A stretch of DNA of 62,939 bases, filler included, from Octopus bimaculoides (Eukaryota), in assembly GCF_001194135.2 (NCBI RefSeq). It is 6 parts of 5 records of this genome, joined end to end, with 100 filler letters (N's around TTAATTAATTAA, not from the genome) between each part and the next. Parts side by side here need not be neighbours in the genome. Positions count along the whole stretch, not along the records: positions 1 to 14,739 come from NC_068989.1; positions 14,840 to 25,792 come from NC_068989.1; 4 more parts are not named here. One strand, 5' to 3'. Positions 11,705 through 25,237 of this stretch are shown in pieces. Position 1 is the first letter of the stretch; every line of letters starts with the position of its first letter. The position numbers and the translations under genes were made by a program. Under the pieces are notes generated by a model. It did not search any database, was not told where the DNA came from, and saw only the letters and a program-made list of their open reading frames with translations.

Positions 11705-13343
11705 CACACACAACACAGCTACATACACAGGAAATCAAGCACCCACACACACACACTAATACACTTCATACAGAGATGTATACAAACGGTTATATGCATG
11801 GAAACGCACACACACATGCGCCCAAATGTACACACATATACTTATGTAGTGAGATATATAAACACAACCATTTGCAGGAAAGCAAACACACACACATACA
11901 AATATATAAATATACAAATATCTATACACAAATATATACACACAGTTTTTATGCTGTAAAGTAAGCACCCGCACAAATATACATACATATATGTGTAGAC
12001 ATAGATATATATATATACATAACTATATGTAGAAGGGGAAAGCACAGACAAACATTTAAAAATATACACAGCTCCAATCACATACATAAAAATATACATA
12101 CATACACTTATACATAAAGATATATACACATATAGCCTACACACGCATATATATAAAGATATATACACACACATATATATAAAGATATATACACATACAA
12201 CCTACACACACATATATATAAAGATATATAAACATACAGCCTACACACACATAAATATACGTACATATACTTATAAACAGGTAGAGATACATACACGCAA
12301 CTATATGCAGGGAAGCAAGCACACACACGCAAATATACACATACTTATATACAAAGATATATGCACATACAGCTCAACACACAGACACAGCTCCATGTAG
12401 GGGAGGGTGAGGAGGCAGTCACTTTACATTACTTCTCCTACCACCATACACAACGACCTCTGCCTGCCACCGTTTCTCCTCACACCACTAACTCCACCTC
12501 CTCCTCATACCACTAACTCCACCTCCTCCTCATCCTTCATCTCTCCTTCTAAACCTCTACGTCTTGTTGTGTCTTCTGCTGTTTAAACTCTCGTCATGTC
12601 TCGGCCAAGATCTCGTTAGATCTCGTCACCCACTACTATTACCACCGCAACCACCACCACCACCTCTAACCACTCCAGTCTTCACTAGAACAAACAACAA
12701 CAACTTCTTCATACAGCACACAGGTTTGTCTTCTCCGTCTCACCTTCTTTCACATACATTCATTCATCTATCTATTTATTTAATCTGCACCCCTCTCTCT
12801 CTGTCTATTTCTCTCCCTCTCTCTCTCTCTCCCCTCTTTCTGTCTATTTCTCTCCCTCTCTCTCCCCTCTTGTCGGCAGTCCGTCGCCGGCTTTCCTGCC
12901 AACCGAGCACTAACCACCACCACTGCTGTATATATACATACACATACATATATGTATAGGCGTATATAGACACTCACTGGCGCATACACACAGAAGTTTG
13001 TGTATATTGGATTTTAGATGTGTGTGTGTGTGTGCGTACAAGAAGAACAGCGACAACAGCCAACCGCACAATAAAACACACAACTGCTGTGAAGACAAAC
13101 CAACACAACAGAACGGAATGACAACAAGGAAATAGTATTTCTCCCTACTTTCCTACAACACACACATATATCTGCTACACTTATATATATATAGGGATAT
13201 ATATATATATAACACATACATACACAGATATGTAAAATAACCAACGGTTATATTATATTGTTGTGCATATGTGTATGTATATAGCTTGATAAAAACTAAG
13301 GAATGATTATATTTCTGGAGACAAAGCATCGTTGAATCTTCAG

Positions 13344-13574
13344 TGCTTGTCTGTGGCCACCTTTTCTTCTCTACTACATATGGATAAATGGCAAGATTTG
13401 GACAACACTAAAGGCAGGTGTGGTGTTGATTACAATCTACCTGGACATACAACATAACATCATACTGCCCGTACTGCTACACCTACCAAAAACATTATTG
13501 GCACTCATACTATTACGGTTCGTTCGAGATAGACACAAGATATGCTCTGTATGTTTTAATGGACGTATTTCATG
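13344..13574 (+). CDS. Weak candidate exon (hydrophobic 77-codon open frame)
   Basis: Acceptor tcttcag, strong donor ATG/gtaagt, frame ACLWPPFLLYYIW...CFNGRIS open; low-complexity TAC/CTA content could explain it. Confidence 0.2.
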
Positions 13575-13636
13575 GTAAGTAAACACTACATATTTATTCT
13601 TACTGTGTATATATATATAAGCATTATAAACGTGTA

Positions 13637-13682
<46 letters not shown>

Positions 13683-14693
13683 GTATGTATGTGTGTATGT
13701 ATACACACGTGTATGCGCGCACGCGTATGTCATGTGAATGGTATCAAGAAAAACACATACACACATGACAAACGTGCGTGTGTGTGTGTAGCTATTAGAA
13801 TGCGGCCATACTGGGGCACCGCTTTCAATGGTTTTAGTGTCAAGTTTAGTACATATCTACAACTGCCTTTATCGATTATTTTTGTCTAACTGCTTGTCAC
13901 AGGATCAAGAAATAAAACATAAACAATAACAAGAAACGGAGCGTGGGTTTTTCGGTTACAGAAATTTTCATTAAAATCGTAAATTGATTTTTCCGATCAG
14001 AAAGTTACCACACACACACACACACACAAATACACAGAGAGTTAAATACAGACGAGACGGATTTCAGCACAGTCGCTTCCATTGATCATTGACAAGACGC
14101 TGGTCAATTAGTGGCTACACAAGACACGTGTTCAGACTGGTTCACTGTGAGTCCGAACTCGGAACCACGTGGTTCAAATCGAACGTCTTGACCACAAAGC
14201 CATGCCTTGCTCGTAGCAGGCGCGCGTGTTAGCTCGCGTATATATATTGTATGTTTATATCTATGTATATAGGCGAAGTCGACCTATTCACGCACAAGAT
14301 GTATATGTGGGTATATACGTATGTTATTAAGAATATAAGTAAATGTGTATATAAATTTACTACGATAGATGGACTAGATATAGGCATATATATGTTTATT
14401 TTTGAGTTTAATACGTGTGTATTTATGTTAATACCCAGAGCTATAAATTGCACACACACACAAATTCGCAGAAACGTACGTGTGTGTGTGTGTATATATA
14501 TCTATATATACAAATATTGATATTCAAATATATATAGTTATATATAGTTAGTTATATAGAAATACACACACGCACACTTGGGCATACGTATATAAATGTA
14601 TATTTATGTATACAGATATATGCATACATATATGTAAATGTATTTGTATACATGTATTTAGGTATATGAATGCATGTAATATATATATATGTA

Positions 14694-14739
<46 letters not shown>

Positions 14740-14839
14740 NNNNNNNNNNNNNNNNNNNNNNNNNNNNNNNNNNNNNNNNNNNNTTAATTAATTAANNNNN
14801 NNNNNNNNNNNNNNNNNNNNNNNNNNNNNNNNNNNNNNN
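14740..14839. other. Artificial scaffold linker 44N-TTAATTAATTAA-44N
   Basis: Exact 100-bp structure repeated five times; the 12-mer gives stops in all six frames. Confidence 0.95.
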
Positions 14840-14865
14840 ACACACACACACACAAACACACATAC

Positions 14866-15020
14866 GACAAGCGTCTTTCAATTTCCGTCCACTAAATCCA
14901 CTCACCAGTCGTTGGTTGGCCCGAGGCTTTTAGCAGACGCTTGCTCTAGGTGTCACGTGTGAGAGTGAACTCAGAATCATGTGGTGGGGAAGCAAAATTC
15001 TTACCACACAGCCACACCTG
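14866..15020 (-). mobile_element. Diverged SINE family A head
   Basis: aaatccactcac...ggcccgaggct...accacacagccacacctgc matches family A. Confidence 0.75.
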
Positions 15021-15068
15021 CACCTATATGCATACACATGTATTTATTTGTACATACATACATATATA

Positions 15069-15100
<32 letters not shown>

Positions 15101-15164
15101 CATATACATATGCACATATGTGTGTGTGTGAGTTTATTTATATTTCGATCGGGTCCTTTTTTTT

Positions 15165-15212
15165 AGCTACTCTGGAATTTCGCCGATACGTTCACAGATC
15201 ATCAGGCAAGCT
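15165..15212 (-). ncRNA. Degenerate hammerhead-like motif (canonical CUGAUGA...CGAAA, weak stems)
   Basis: Minus strand: GC-CUGAUGA-ucugugaacguaucggc-GAAA-UUccagAGU-A-GCU, with aataaa about 35 nt downstream. Confidence 0.3.
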
Positions 15213-15569
15213 TTGCACAAGCAAAACTCCAGACTAGCAGGAAACTGAATAAAAAAAATAAAAAAAATGAAAAAAAAAGAAAACAAGAAGAAAAGTATTA
15301 ATGTGTATCATGTTATCAAGAACACGTTCCATAAATCAGAACAGAAGCGCATTTAGTATCCTTGATAGAGTGATTATATTTTTGTATATTGTTAATCAGT
15401 ATGTTTGCTGGTTATGACATAACTATTCAAAATATTACCGTCGGTTTCGTGCCGACTATAGAACATACGTAATATTGGTTTCAAATTTTGGCACAAGACC
15501 AGCAATTTCGAGAATGTGGGCAAGTCAATTTCAATGACATTGTTCTGTAAATTTTCTCTTGTGACGTTT

Positions 15570-15860
15570 TATATGTGACATATTTTTTGTGTCTTTTCCT
15601 GTGACTTTTGTCTGCGATTTCTTTCCAGTAACTTTTGTCTGCCATTTCTTTCCAGGGACTTTTTCAATAAGTTTTTTCAGTGACTTTTTCTTGAGATCTT
15701 TTCCATTGACATACCGCCTTACTTTTTCCAATGACTTTTCCTGTCACTTTTTATGTGATTTTTTTCCCTGTTACTTTTCTTGTAGCTTTATCCTGTGACT
15801 TTTTCTGTGATTATTTTTTTCAGTGACTTTTTACAATGACATTTCTTATAACTTCTTTAA
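15570..15860. repeat. Degenerate ~12-14-bp array of (ctg)tgactttt units
   Basis: Many same-orientation gtgacttt/gtaacttt/atgacttt motifs. Confidence 0.75.
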
Positions 15861-16349
15861 CATTTTTTGTATCTTATTTTTATCAACCTTTCTGTGCTTT
15901 TATCTCCCAGTAACTTTTTAATTGAGCCAGATAAATGTAACAAACAAATCGTACAAAAAAATAAACCCGGAGAAAAAAAGAAGAGGTAAATGTAGGTCAC
16001 ATGAGATAATGCAGTCTTAGATATCTCTTAAGACAGTGGAACGTACTGGAGTAGAAAGTCCTTCGTAGGCGTGAATGAAAATCTGACTGACGCATCAACC
16101 GAACCATTAGGAATAGCAGCTTCAGAGTGGATCACTTTTAGGTTATATCGCCATCTGTCGTTCCAGTTTTTGCCATAGATTACAAGAGTTAAAATCTGTT
16201 GGGTATGTGTTCAACGACACCTGCGTCTTTCAATACATCAATCCTCACAGAAATCTTTACTGCTCCATTCTCTCGATCTTTTCCCCTCGACAAAATCTGT
16301 TTTTCTATCTTCTATTTTTGCTATCTATCTATGCAAGTACGCATTATCC

Positions 16350-16456
<107 letters not shown>

Positions 16457-17904
16457 ATATTTAACTTGCTTAAATGTTGTTAGTTACGTCTGTCGACACG
16501 TTCAGTCATTAGCGTGTCCGTCACGTTTAGCTCAGGACTTCAAGGGCTTCGTTGTACAATTCACACACGATATGCACACACGCGCGTGCGCACACATACA
16601 CACATACGCACACNNNNNNNNNNNNNNNNNNNNNNNNNNNNNNNNNNNNNNNNNNNNNNNNNNNNNNNNNNNNNNNNNNNNNNNNNNNNNNNNNNNNNNN
16701 NNNNNNNNNNNNNNNNNNNNNNNNNNNNNNNNNNNNNNNNNNNNNNNNNNNNNNNNNNNNNNNNNNNNNNNNNNNNNNNNNNNNNNNNNNNNNNNNNNNN
16801 NNNNNNNNNNNNNNNNNNNNNNNNNNNNNNNNNNNNNNNNNNNNNNNNNNNNNNNNNNNNNNNNNNNNNNNNNNNNNNNNNNNNNNNNNNNNNNNNNNNN
16901 NNNNNNNNNNNNNNNNNNNNNNNNNNNNNNNNNNNNNNNNNNNNNNNNNNNNNNNNNNNNNNNNNNNNNNNNNNNNNNNNNNNNNNNNNNNNNNNNNNNN
17001 NNNNNNNNNNNNNNNNNNNNNNACTTTTGATTCTGACTGTAACTATTTCGTTGTGAACTACATGCATGCATGCATATAAGCATACATGCATATATAAATA
17101 CATGCATGCATACATGCATGCATGCTAATATGCATACGTGCATACATACATGCTTGCATACATATATGCATACATGCATATATGCATACATAATGCATGC
17201 ATGCACCCATCCATTCGTCCATCCGTCCATACATGCATGCATACATACATGTATACATTCATATATGCATGCATACATACATACATACATACATGCATGC
17301 ATACATACATACATACATACATACATACATACATACATACATACATACAAAGAAACATGATGTCGGATTCAAACACATAGGCATAGAGGATCATTCATTA
17401 TCCCGGGTAATGAATACTATCTCCTATCACTTTTGTGATTAATGTAAGTCTGGTAAGAGAAATAGTTATCTTCTTTAAGCGAATGCAAAGAAACAACCTT
17501 GATTGAAAAGATCGTAGCAATAATCAAACAGTGAATTACGTACCACGTGGGAAAATTACTATACGTACATAACTACGATAATATCCAGAGTCAGTTACCG
17601 CAGGTCATGAAACTATCGAGGAAAATTCCAGCGGACTTTTGCACTTAATCAAGACCTATACCAGCTGAACTGAAAGGCTAGGCAAGATCCCTCGATAAGC
17701 TACATGAAAAAACTTAAAGAATGTGGGATAAGTAATACCCAATATTCTCAATTGGTTTAACAAAACTATGTTTATTTTTGTATACTTTCACTTTATTTAC
17801 ATTTGAAAAGTTTTCTCCCGCTTTGTTTTAGTTGTAAAGTCTTTGGTCAGATCTTCGCTATGATGCCATGAACACTTCAAAATTCTATTTCCTATCGTAT
17901 AAAC

Positions 17905-18202
17905 CAGAGGTTTTCAAACTTTTTGATTTGCGGACCCCTTTATATTTCAGGCTTTATCTTAGGGACCCCCTTATAAACGCTTATGAAATTTATACATAAA
18001 TATTTGCTTAAAATAACATATATTTTTACATTTATTTATTTGACAGTATTTAACAAATAGGTTTATTGTCAATTAAAAGATCTCGATTAAAAAACATATA
18101 TAAAATCAAATCGCCCATAAAAAAGTATTTGCTGTCCACGGACCCCTTGTCTTATCCTTGCGGGCCCCTTGTGGTCCGCGGACCACAGTTTGAAAACCCC
18201 TG
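17905..18202. mobile_element. hAT (Charlie-like) MITE, 298 bp
   Basis: TIRs cagaggttttcaaact / agtttgaaaacccctg (15/16), 8-bp TSD gtataaac/atataaac. Confidence 0.85.
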
Positions 18203-19245
18203 ATATAAACCACTTCGAATATTACTTTAGCAAGTTTAAAATGACTTCTTTTGTGCTGTAAACCATTTACCATTTCTGTGGTGCTCCCCAGATCCCTTGA
18301 TGCCCCAAACACGTGGTTTATCTTGCTTAATGGATGATCCAGCGCTTCTCTGTCAAGAAAAACATTATGAGAAAGTCAGAACGAAACAACGCTGAGGCTT
18401 TATCTGATGGGCGAACTGACGCCTAATCGGGAAGGCTTTCGTTGTAGTATTATCAACGCACTGCAAAAGGCGTAACGATGTATGACGACGACGACTCACA
18501 AAGCCAGCCACGACACACCGTGTGATTAAACCCGCAACCACACGGTTGTATAGCAAACATCTTAGCTACACAGCCATGCCTGCGCAGATTTCTCAGCCGC
18601 TAATCTTTTGTTCGTATGTTTAGTGTGGATGTTTAATACGCATTTTTTGTTATTTTTGCATTTTCGATCTACTTCGAAACTAAATGACTTCATAGAAACG
18701 TGAAATATTGTATTAAAAAAAAATGTAGAATCTGTGGAAAGGATAAAAACGTCGTCTGTTTAATTTGGTATTTTTATCAGCTCTCCGCCAATCGACACAA
18801 ACGCTTTATAACAATACATACTTGAAACAATAGAACTATAAAGAAAATGAAAACACATTCATATGGGTTATCTACTACACGTTACGATTTATGTTAAAAG
18901 CGGTCAATTAGCACAGTCGTTAGAGCGTTCGGTAACACTATCTTTTTACACTCTGAGTTCAAACTTCACCAAGGTCAATTTCTTTTTCGCTTTTCATTCT
19001 TCCGGGGTTAGTAGATAAAAATATCAATGAAGAGCAATAACAGGAAATCAGAATTCTAAGTTACCAGGAATTTATTCTTTTGTGGAAAGCACGTAGTGTT
19101 TATTATCAAGAAAACCACCAGAGTTCACTCGCCAACTGTTTGATGTATTTGCTCGACAAAAATTAACATCAATGAACTTTCTAATGAATCTAATAAATTC
19201 ACATCAATGAACTTTTCTAATGAATCGAACAACAAAATATATTCA

Positions 19246-19402
19246 ATTTTAACGTGTATAAGGAACCCTTTTTTGTCAAAAATTAACTTTAAAAAATATG
19301 GGAGTTTCTTATACTTGGATAGTATTATAATCCCTTGCAAAACCTTTTTTTTTTCAAATTTTAAGTCCCTAAAATTACGGGGTTCCTTATACACGTTAAA
19401 AT
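19246..19402. mobile_element. 157-bp MITE with perfect 23-bp terminal inverted repeats (contain TTAA)
   Basis: attttaacgtgtataaggaaccc at 19246-19268 and its exact reverse complement at 19380-19402. Confidence 0.7.
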
Positions 19403-19565
19403 ACGGNNNNNNNNNNNNNNNNNNNNNNNNNNNNNNNNNNNNNNNNNNNNNNNNNNNNNNNNNNNNNGTGTGTGTACATGCACATAGACATACACGTATC
19501 AGTCTAAATCTTTGTGTCTAACTGGTTTTGTCAATCTGTGTCTATCTGTCCGTCTACTCTTGATT

Positions 19566-19608
<43 letters not shown>

Positions 19609-20347
19609 CTGTCCTCTCACCCCTATCTCTGTCTTTCTTCTCCACTCCCTCCCTTCCTCCCGGCTCCTGTATCCATTCACGATGTAATGATGCAGTGATG
19701 CAACGAACCAATTTCTTCGTATGGCATCTCTGAATATTCCTTTGTAATCCACTCAAAATCTTGTAATCTTTCAACTCTAATAAAACCTTCGATGAAAATG
19801 GAACACAAAGCCAAGTTATGCTGCTTTCTATTAGAGACTGGAATATCCGTATTTATGCTACAGCCAATTTACATACGGTCTTACCTTTAATACTTATTTC
19901 TATAGCACGTAGACATAAAATCAAAAATCTTTCTCTTACCTAAGGACATATATTAAATATTTATGTCTATAACACATAGATTTAAACCTATATCTCTCTC
20001 TGCTACCTATGGACGTACATATTTAATATTTATGTCTATAAAACATAGATATAATGTTGTAATATCACTTTATTATAAATGGGATAATACTTAATATTTC
20101 TCTGTATTAGGAATGGACATATGTGTTGAATTACAGTTGGACATATACATAAATATATATACGTGTATCTATGTCTGTGTGTGAGTATGTGTACATGCAT
20201 GTATGCGTGTGTGTGTGCATGCCTGTCTGTCTGTCTGCATATTTACAAGTATGTATGAATGCGAGGAAATATGTACGTTTTCCTTTTTCTCTTTTTAATT
20301 TAGAGTTATGTGCGGCTAACTACTCATAAGTGGTTGTCGGAGTGGCC

Positions 20348-20616
20348 ATCACTCAGAAGTGGTTTTCTGCGAATTTCTACGACTTCCCAAGCCTTAATTT
20401 CTGGCCTCCTAATTTCTCCCATTTGCAACATCTCATGTGAGGCGCGGTTGAGAAAGATACCAACCGTTCTGATTGTAACATCCCAAGGTCGAACTGGTGA
20501 CCAAGATCAAGAAAGTCTTCGAAGAATTTACCGGGGATACAGTGAGGAACGCATGTGCCAGTTTTCGGAGCCGTTTTGAGGCTGTGATGGAAGCTGAGGG
20601 CAGCTGTTTTGAGTAA
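20348..20616 (+). mobile_element. DD37D-like transposase C-terminal relic (second subfamily)
   Basis: TQKWFSANFYDF...FWPPN...GAVEKDTN...FRSRFEAVMEAEGSCFE*. Confidence 0.75.
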
Positions 20617-20939
20617 ATTGCTATCTCCCAGCCAGAATCTAGTTGATATCTTTTATCTTTTATCTTTTATCTAGTTTCAGCTCATGAGCTTTGGCCATGC
20701 TGGGGGTACCGCCATTTATATATATATATATATATTTAAAATATTTTCATTTTTAGATGCAACATTATGTATTGTTTTCCTTTAGTGCAAATTATCAAAT
20801 TTAGCTCGGGAACCCTGTATACATATATGTATGCGACAACATACACATGGCACAGACAATGATATCATTGATTATGTAGACTTTATTATATGCTAAACTT
20901 TTTGAATACGTTACATATTTTGAGTGTGCTCTTTGACTG

Positions 20940-21090
20940 TCAGTTACGTGGTAAGAAGTTTGCTTCTCAACCACAGTTCTTGGTTCAGTCCCACTACGTG
21001 GCAACTTGGATAAGTATTTTCTACTATAGCCACGGGCCAACCAAAGCTTTGTGAATAGATTTTGTTAAAGGAAAATGAAAGAAGTCCTTC

Positions 21091-21092
<2 letters not shown>
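20940..21092 (+). mobile_element. Diverged SINE family A head
   Basis: Homology to 10806-10972. Confidence 0.75.
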
Positions 21093-21127
<35 letters not shown>

Positions 21128-21528
21128 CTTCAAGGTTTTTAACTTTTAAATTTGCATATTCAAAAGAGACAGAGACTTCAAACTCGATATATCTAAGATC
21201 GATTTATTCACCACTCTATGTCAACATTTCTGTGCCAAACTTATCCAGTGACTGGTCCATTGGATTTTGACATTTGGCACTTCTTCAGGAATGGTTACCA
21301 TCGGAACAAAACACGAAAAAGCACATACATAACGATCATATTAAATTATTAAATTATTAACATCCCGTTACAGTTCACCTTTCTGTTATTATAGGAGAGA
21401 TAACTCCTTAATTTTCTATTTTTATTGGTCTCCTGTGAATTTCCACTAGATTAATTTATTTGTTTATTTCGTTGTACTATACTATATTACCCGTTCCTTT
21501 ACCCGTATACATATACATACATACACTT

Positions 21529-21576
<48 letters not shown>

Positions 21577-21589
21577 NNNNNNNNNNTAA

Positions 21590-22392
21590 TGCGTATTGTT
21601 TGTTTTTGATTTTGTCGACTACGCAGTCTGTGAGAAGAACAGCACCATGACGCAATTCACTCTGCCAGAAATTTGGAAACGACATGCTGTACTGCTTGGC
21701 ATTCGCGCCGGAAGCTCCAATACGAACAGATGGTGAATGCACAGAACAACCGTAGGCTTGCCGTGTCCCCAAAACATGTACCGAGAATTATAAAAATAAA
21801 ACATCCAGTCAACATCATGGTGTTTGGAGTGATCACAAGTGATGGCGACGTTATGCCTCCATTCATCTTCCCACACGGTCTCTGACTCAACACGCAGGTC
21901 TACATCAAGTGCCTGGAGGAGGTAGTGCTGCCCTGGGTCAAGAGGATGGCTGCTGGAAGACCCAATGACTGGCAAACAGGACTCTGCACCATGCCACACA
22001 AGCAGGAGAACCCAGTCATGGCTGTTAGACAATTTCTGCGATCACATCACGTCTAATATCTGGCCACCAGAATGAAACTCCTTTGATTATTATGTGTGGG
22101 GTGCAGTTGAAAGAGAGATAAACAAAACTCCTTCTAACCAAAGATGAACTGAAGGCAAGGATTATGGCAGCATTCACCAGCTTACACAAGGAGACCGTCC
22201 GGAAGAGTTGCAGGAGATTCTGAAGTCGTCTGGAGGCCGTGGTTGAAGTCAATGGCGATTTGATTGAATGAATTTACTCTTTAGTATTTCAAGATATTTC
22301 TATGTAATTTTGGTAAATATATCTGTTAAAATGAGATGTCGGTGTTATTTTCATTTTTGCGTAATTTAGACGACAATATTTACCGCACCGTG
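21590..22392 (+). mobile_element. DD37D (maT-like) element, deleted and frameshifted
   Basis: HPVNIMVFGVITSDGDVMPPFIFPHG...WQ/QDSAPCHTSRRTQSW...DYYVWGAVE; right TIR ends ccgtg-TA at 22392; same family as 9609. Confidence 0.9.
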
Positions 22393-22627
22393 TATGTGTG
22401 TGAGTGTGNNNNNNNNNNNNNNNNNNNNNNNNNNNNNNNNNNNNNNNNNNNNNNNNNNNNNNNNNNNNNNNNNNNNNNNNNNNNNNNNNNNNNNNNNNNN
22501 NNNNNNNNNNNNNNNNNNNNNNNNNNNNNNNNNNNNNNNNNNNNNNNNNNNNNNNNNNNNNNNNNNNNNNNNNNNNNNNNATATATATATATATATATAC
22601 ATACATACATACACATGCATAATCCAG

Positions 22628-22876
22628 GCATAATCCTTGCCTTCAGTTCATCTTTGGTTACACGGAGTTTTGATGGTCTCTCGTTCAACTGCACCCAACG
22701 CATAATAATCAAGGGAGTTGCAGTTAGGGGAGTTAGGTGGCCAGATGTTTAGGGGTGATGTGATCGCAGAAATTGCCTGATAGCTATGACTGGGTTCTTC
22801 TGCTTGTGTGACATGGTGCAGAGTCCTGCAGCCAACCTCTGGACCGAGGGCAGCACTACTTCCTCCAGACACTTCA
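22628..22876 (-). mobile_element. DD37D fragment, inverted relative to 21590-22392
   Basis: NIWPPNSPNCNSLDYY...AVERETIKTPCN. Confidence 0.85.
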
Positions 22877-23515
22877 TGTGTATACATACATGCATACATA
22901 CATACATATATATATATATATATGTATATATNNNNNNNNNNNNNNNNNNNNNNNNNNNNNNNNNNNNNNNNNNNNNNNNNNNNNNNNNNNNNNNNNNNNN
23001 NNNNNNNNNNNNNNNNNNNNNNNNNNNNNNNNNNNNNNNNNNNNNNNNNNNNNNNNNNNNNNNNNNNNNNNNNNNNNNNNNNNNNNNNNNNNNNNNNNNN
23101 NNNNNNNNNNNNNNNNNNNNNNNNNNNNNNNNNNNNNNNNNNNNNNNNNNNNNNNNNNNNNNNNNNNNNNNNNNNNNNNNNNNNNNNNNNNNNNNNNNNN
23201 NNNNNNNNNNNNNNNNNNNNNNNNNNNNNNNNNNNNNNNNNNNNNNNNNNNNNNNNNNNNNNNNNNNNNNNNNNNNNNNNNNNNNNNNNNNNNNNNNNNN
23301 NNNNNNNNNNNNNNNNNNNNNNNNNNNNNNNNNNNNNNNNNNNNNNNNNNNNNNNNNNNNNNNNNNNNNNNNNNNNNNNNNNNNNNNNNNNNNNNNNNNN
23401 NNNNNNNNNNNNNNNNNNNNNNNNNNNNNNNNNNNNNNNNNNNNNNNNNNNNNNNNNNNNNNNNNNNNNNNNNNNNNNNNNNNNNNNNNNNNNNNNNNNN
23501 NNNNNNNNNNNNNNN

Positions 23516-23548
<33 letters not shown>

Positions 23549-24062
23549 CACTTAAATTCGACATTTAAACAAGCGGTTCTCTATATATGTCATGCACGTA
23601 ACCAGATAGTGGGGTGCAACAGGTTCGGATGAAACCCACCTGCAACTCAATGCAAATATAATGATTATTTAACCTAATTTAAATTTTGCGGTTTTTCGTC
23701 AATTATACGACTAATGTTGGTTCCAAATGAATAATTCAGGACTTCCTCGGTCGAAATGCTGACTACACCCATATGTGTGAGTACATGTTTAAATGTTTGT
23801 GTGTGTTGGAACAGTATGGTCGATTCGTTGAGTTTGTTTCGCATCCACGTGGTGTAGGATTCGATTCCAGTGTGTTGCATCTTGTGCAAATATAATTTCC
23901 TCGAGAAGATCCACATCATGTGAGTATGACTCGGTCTACAGAGACCGTGCAAAAGCTCGTTTGGTTGGAATGTACTGGTGATATAAGAGCTACAGTACCA
24001 TGTGAAAAACACTGTGCCACACTGATTCTGCCTCTGCAAACTACGTACGTATGTATGTATGT

Positions 24063-24565
24063 ATTGTGCATCGAGAATTTGTCCACCAAGACCAAAACGT
24101 CTATCGAGTGTTCTACTGCGACCTTTTGAAGTGTTTGAGGGAGGATATTCGATGAAAGCGACCGGATCTGTGAAGCGCGAAGAATTGGATTCTTCACGGT
24201 GGCAATGTACCTTGTCACCGAGCTCTCCTCACTCGTGAGTTTCTCCCCTTAAACAACATGGTATCGCTTCCGCACCCATCCTATTCGCCAGATTTCGCAT
24301 CTGCGGCCTTCCATCTCTTCCCAAAGATGAAAATGCAGCTTAAAGATCACCGTTTTAACACCGTTGTCGAGATCCAGAGTGAATCGCAGAAGGTCCTCGA
24401 CTCGTTTACAAAAAACGACTTCCAGGCCGGATTCCCAAAGTGGTAGGGACGCTGGTGTAGTGCTGTGCAAGGCGACTATTTCAAAGGAGATGATGTTAAA
24501 ACTTAGATAAATAAGTTTTTTTTTATTAAACATAACCAGTCCGGGAACTTTTTGATACCACCTCG
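24063..24565 (+). mobile_element. Mariner (DD34D) 3' half with right TIR
   Basis: KRPDL...NWILH..NVPCH...HPSYSPDFA..FHLFPKMK...GDYFKG; TIR gggaactttttgataccacctcg-TA. Confidence 0.9.
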
Positions 24566-24596
24566 TACGTATATACATCTATGGATATATATATAT

Positions 24597-24990
24597 TCTG
24601 CTTTTGGATTCTGGCTCAAACTGATGTGCCTAGGTCTCATCTTTTATGGCTATTCTCTTCAAAAAAGCTTCGCCTTTATTGTTGTAGCGGTCGAGTAAGC
24701 GTTGCCAGATCTCCACACGAATAGCGCTTATGCGCTTCGGTAAGCTCTCTTGGCATCCATATCGTATAGGCTTTACGGAAACAAAACTTGTGGATGATTT
24801 CGTATGCAGAACCATGACTAATTTGTTGAGAACATGCCACCTCACCGATGGTCACATGTCGGTTCTCCAAAACCATCTCTTGAACTTGTTGAATTTTCAT
24901 GTCAGTGGTGGAGGTTTAATGAGCGTCATGATACCTCTTCGTACTTCACGCTCGTCTGAACATTTCAAACTTCTCGATCCACTCATGCAC
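24597..24990 (-). mobile_element. Mariner transposase N-terminal relic
   Basis: VLENRHVTIGEVA...ISHGSAYEII...WMPRELT...FLKRIAIKDET*AHQFEPESK. Confidence 0.85.
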
Positions 24991-24994
24991 AATT

Positions 24995-25205
24995 GTTGAG
25001 CCTTGGATGGATGAAGCACGCAGTGGAAAGCCAAACAGGTTTCAACAAGACTCTGTGCCTTCTCACAAATCCCGATTGAACAAAGAATGGATGTCAGACA
25101 GTCTTTACGATCAGGTAAAACTAAATATGTGGCTTCTAAACCGTCTGGATCCCATGGACTACTACGTTTGGAGCTTTATTAAAGGGAGACAAATCTACAT
25201 CCATT
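24995..25205 (+). mobile_element. DD37D-like fragment (third subfamily)
   Basis: GKP..FQQDSVPSHKS...EWMS...MW....DPMDYYVWS. Confidence 0.75.
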
Positions 25206-25237
25206 GTAAGAAAAGTCAGAAATGTTAGGAGTTACAT

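Noticed and set aside
14784-14795. TTAATTAATTAA as a biological homeodomain or PacI motif
   Set aside because: Always centred in exactly 88 N; an assembly spacer.
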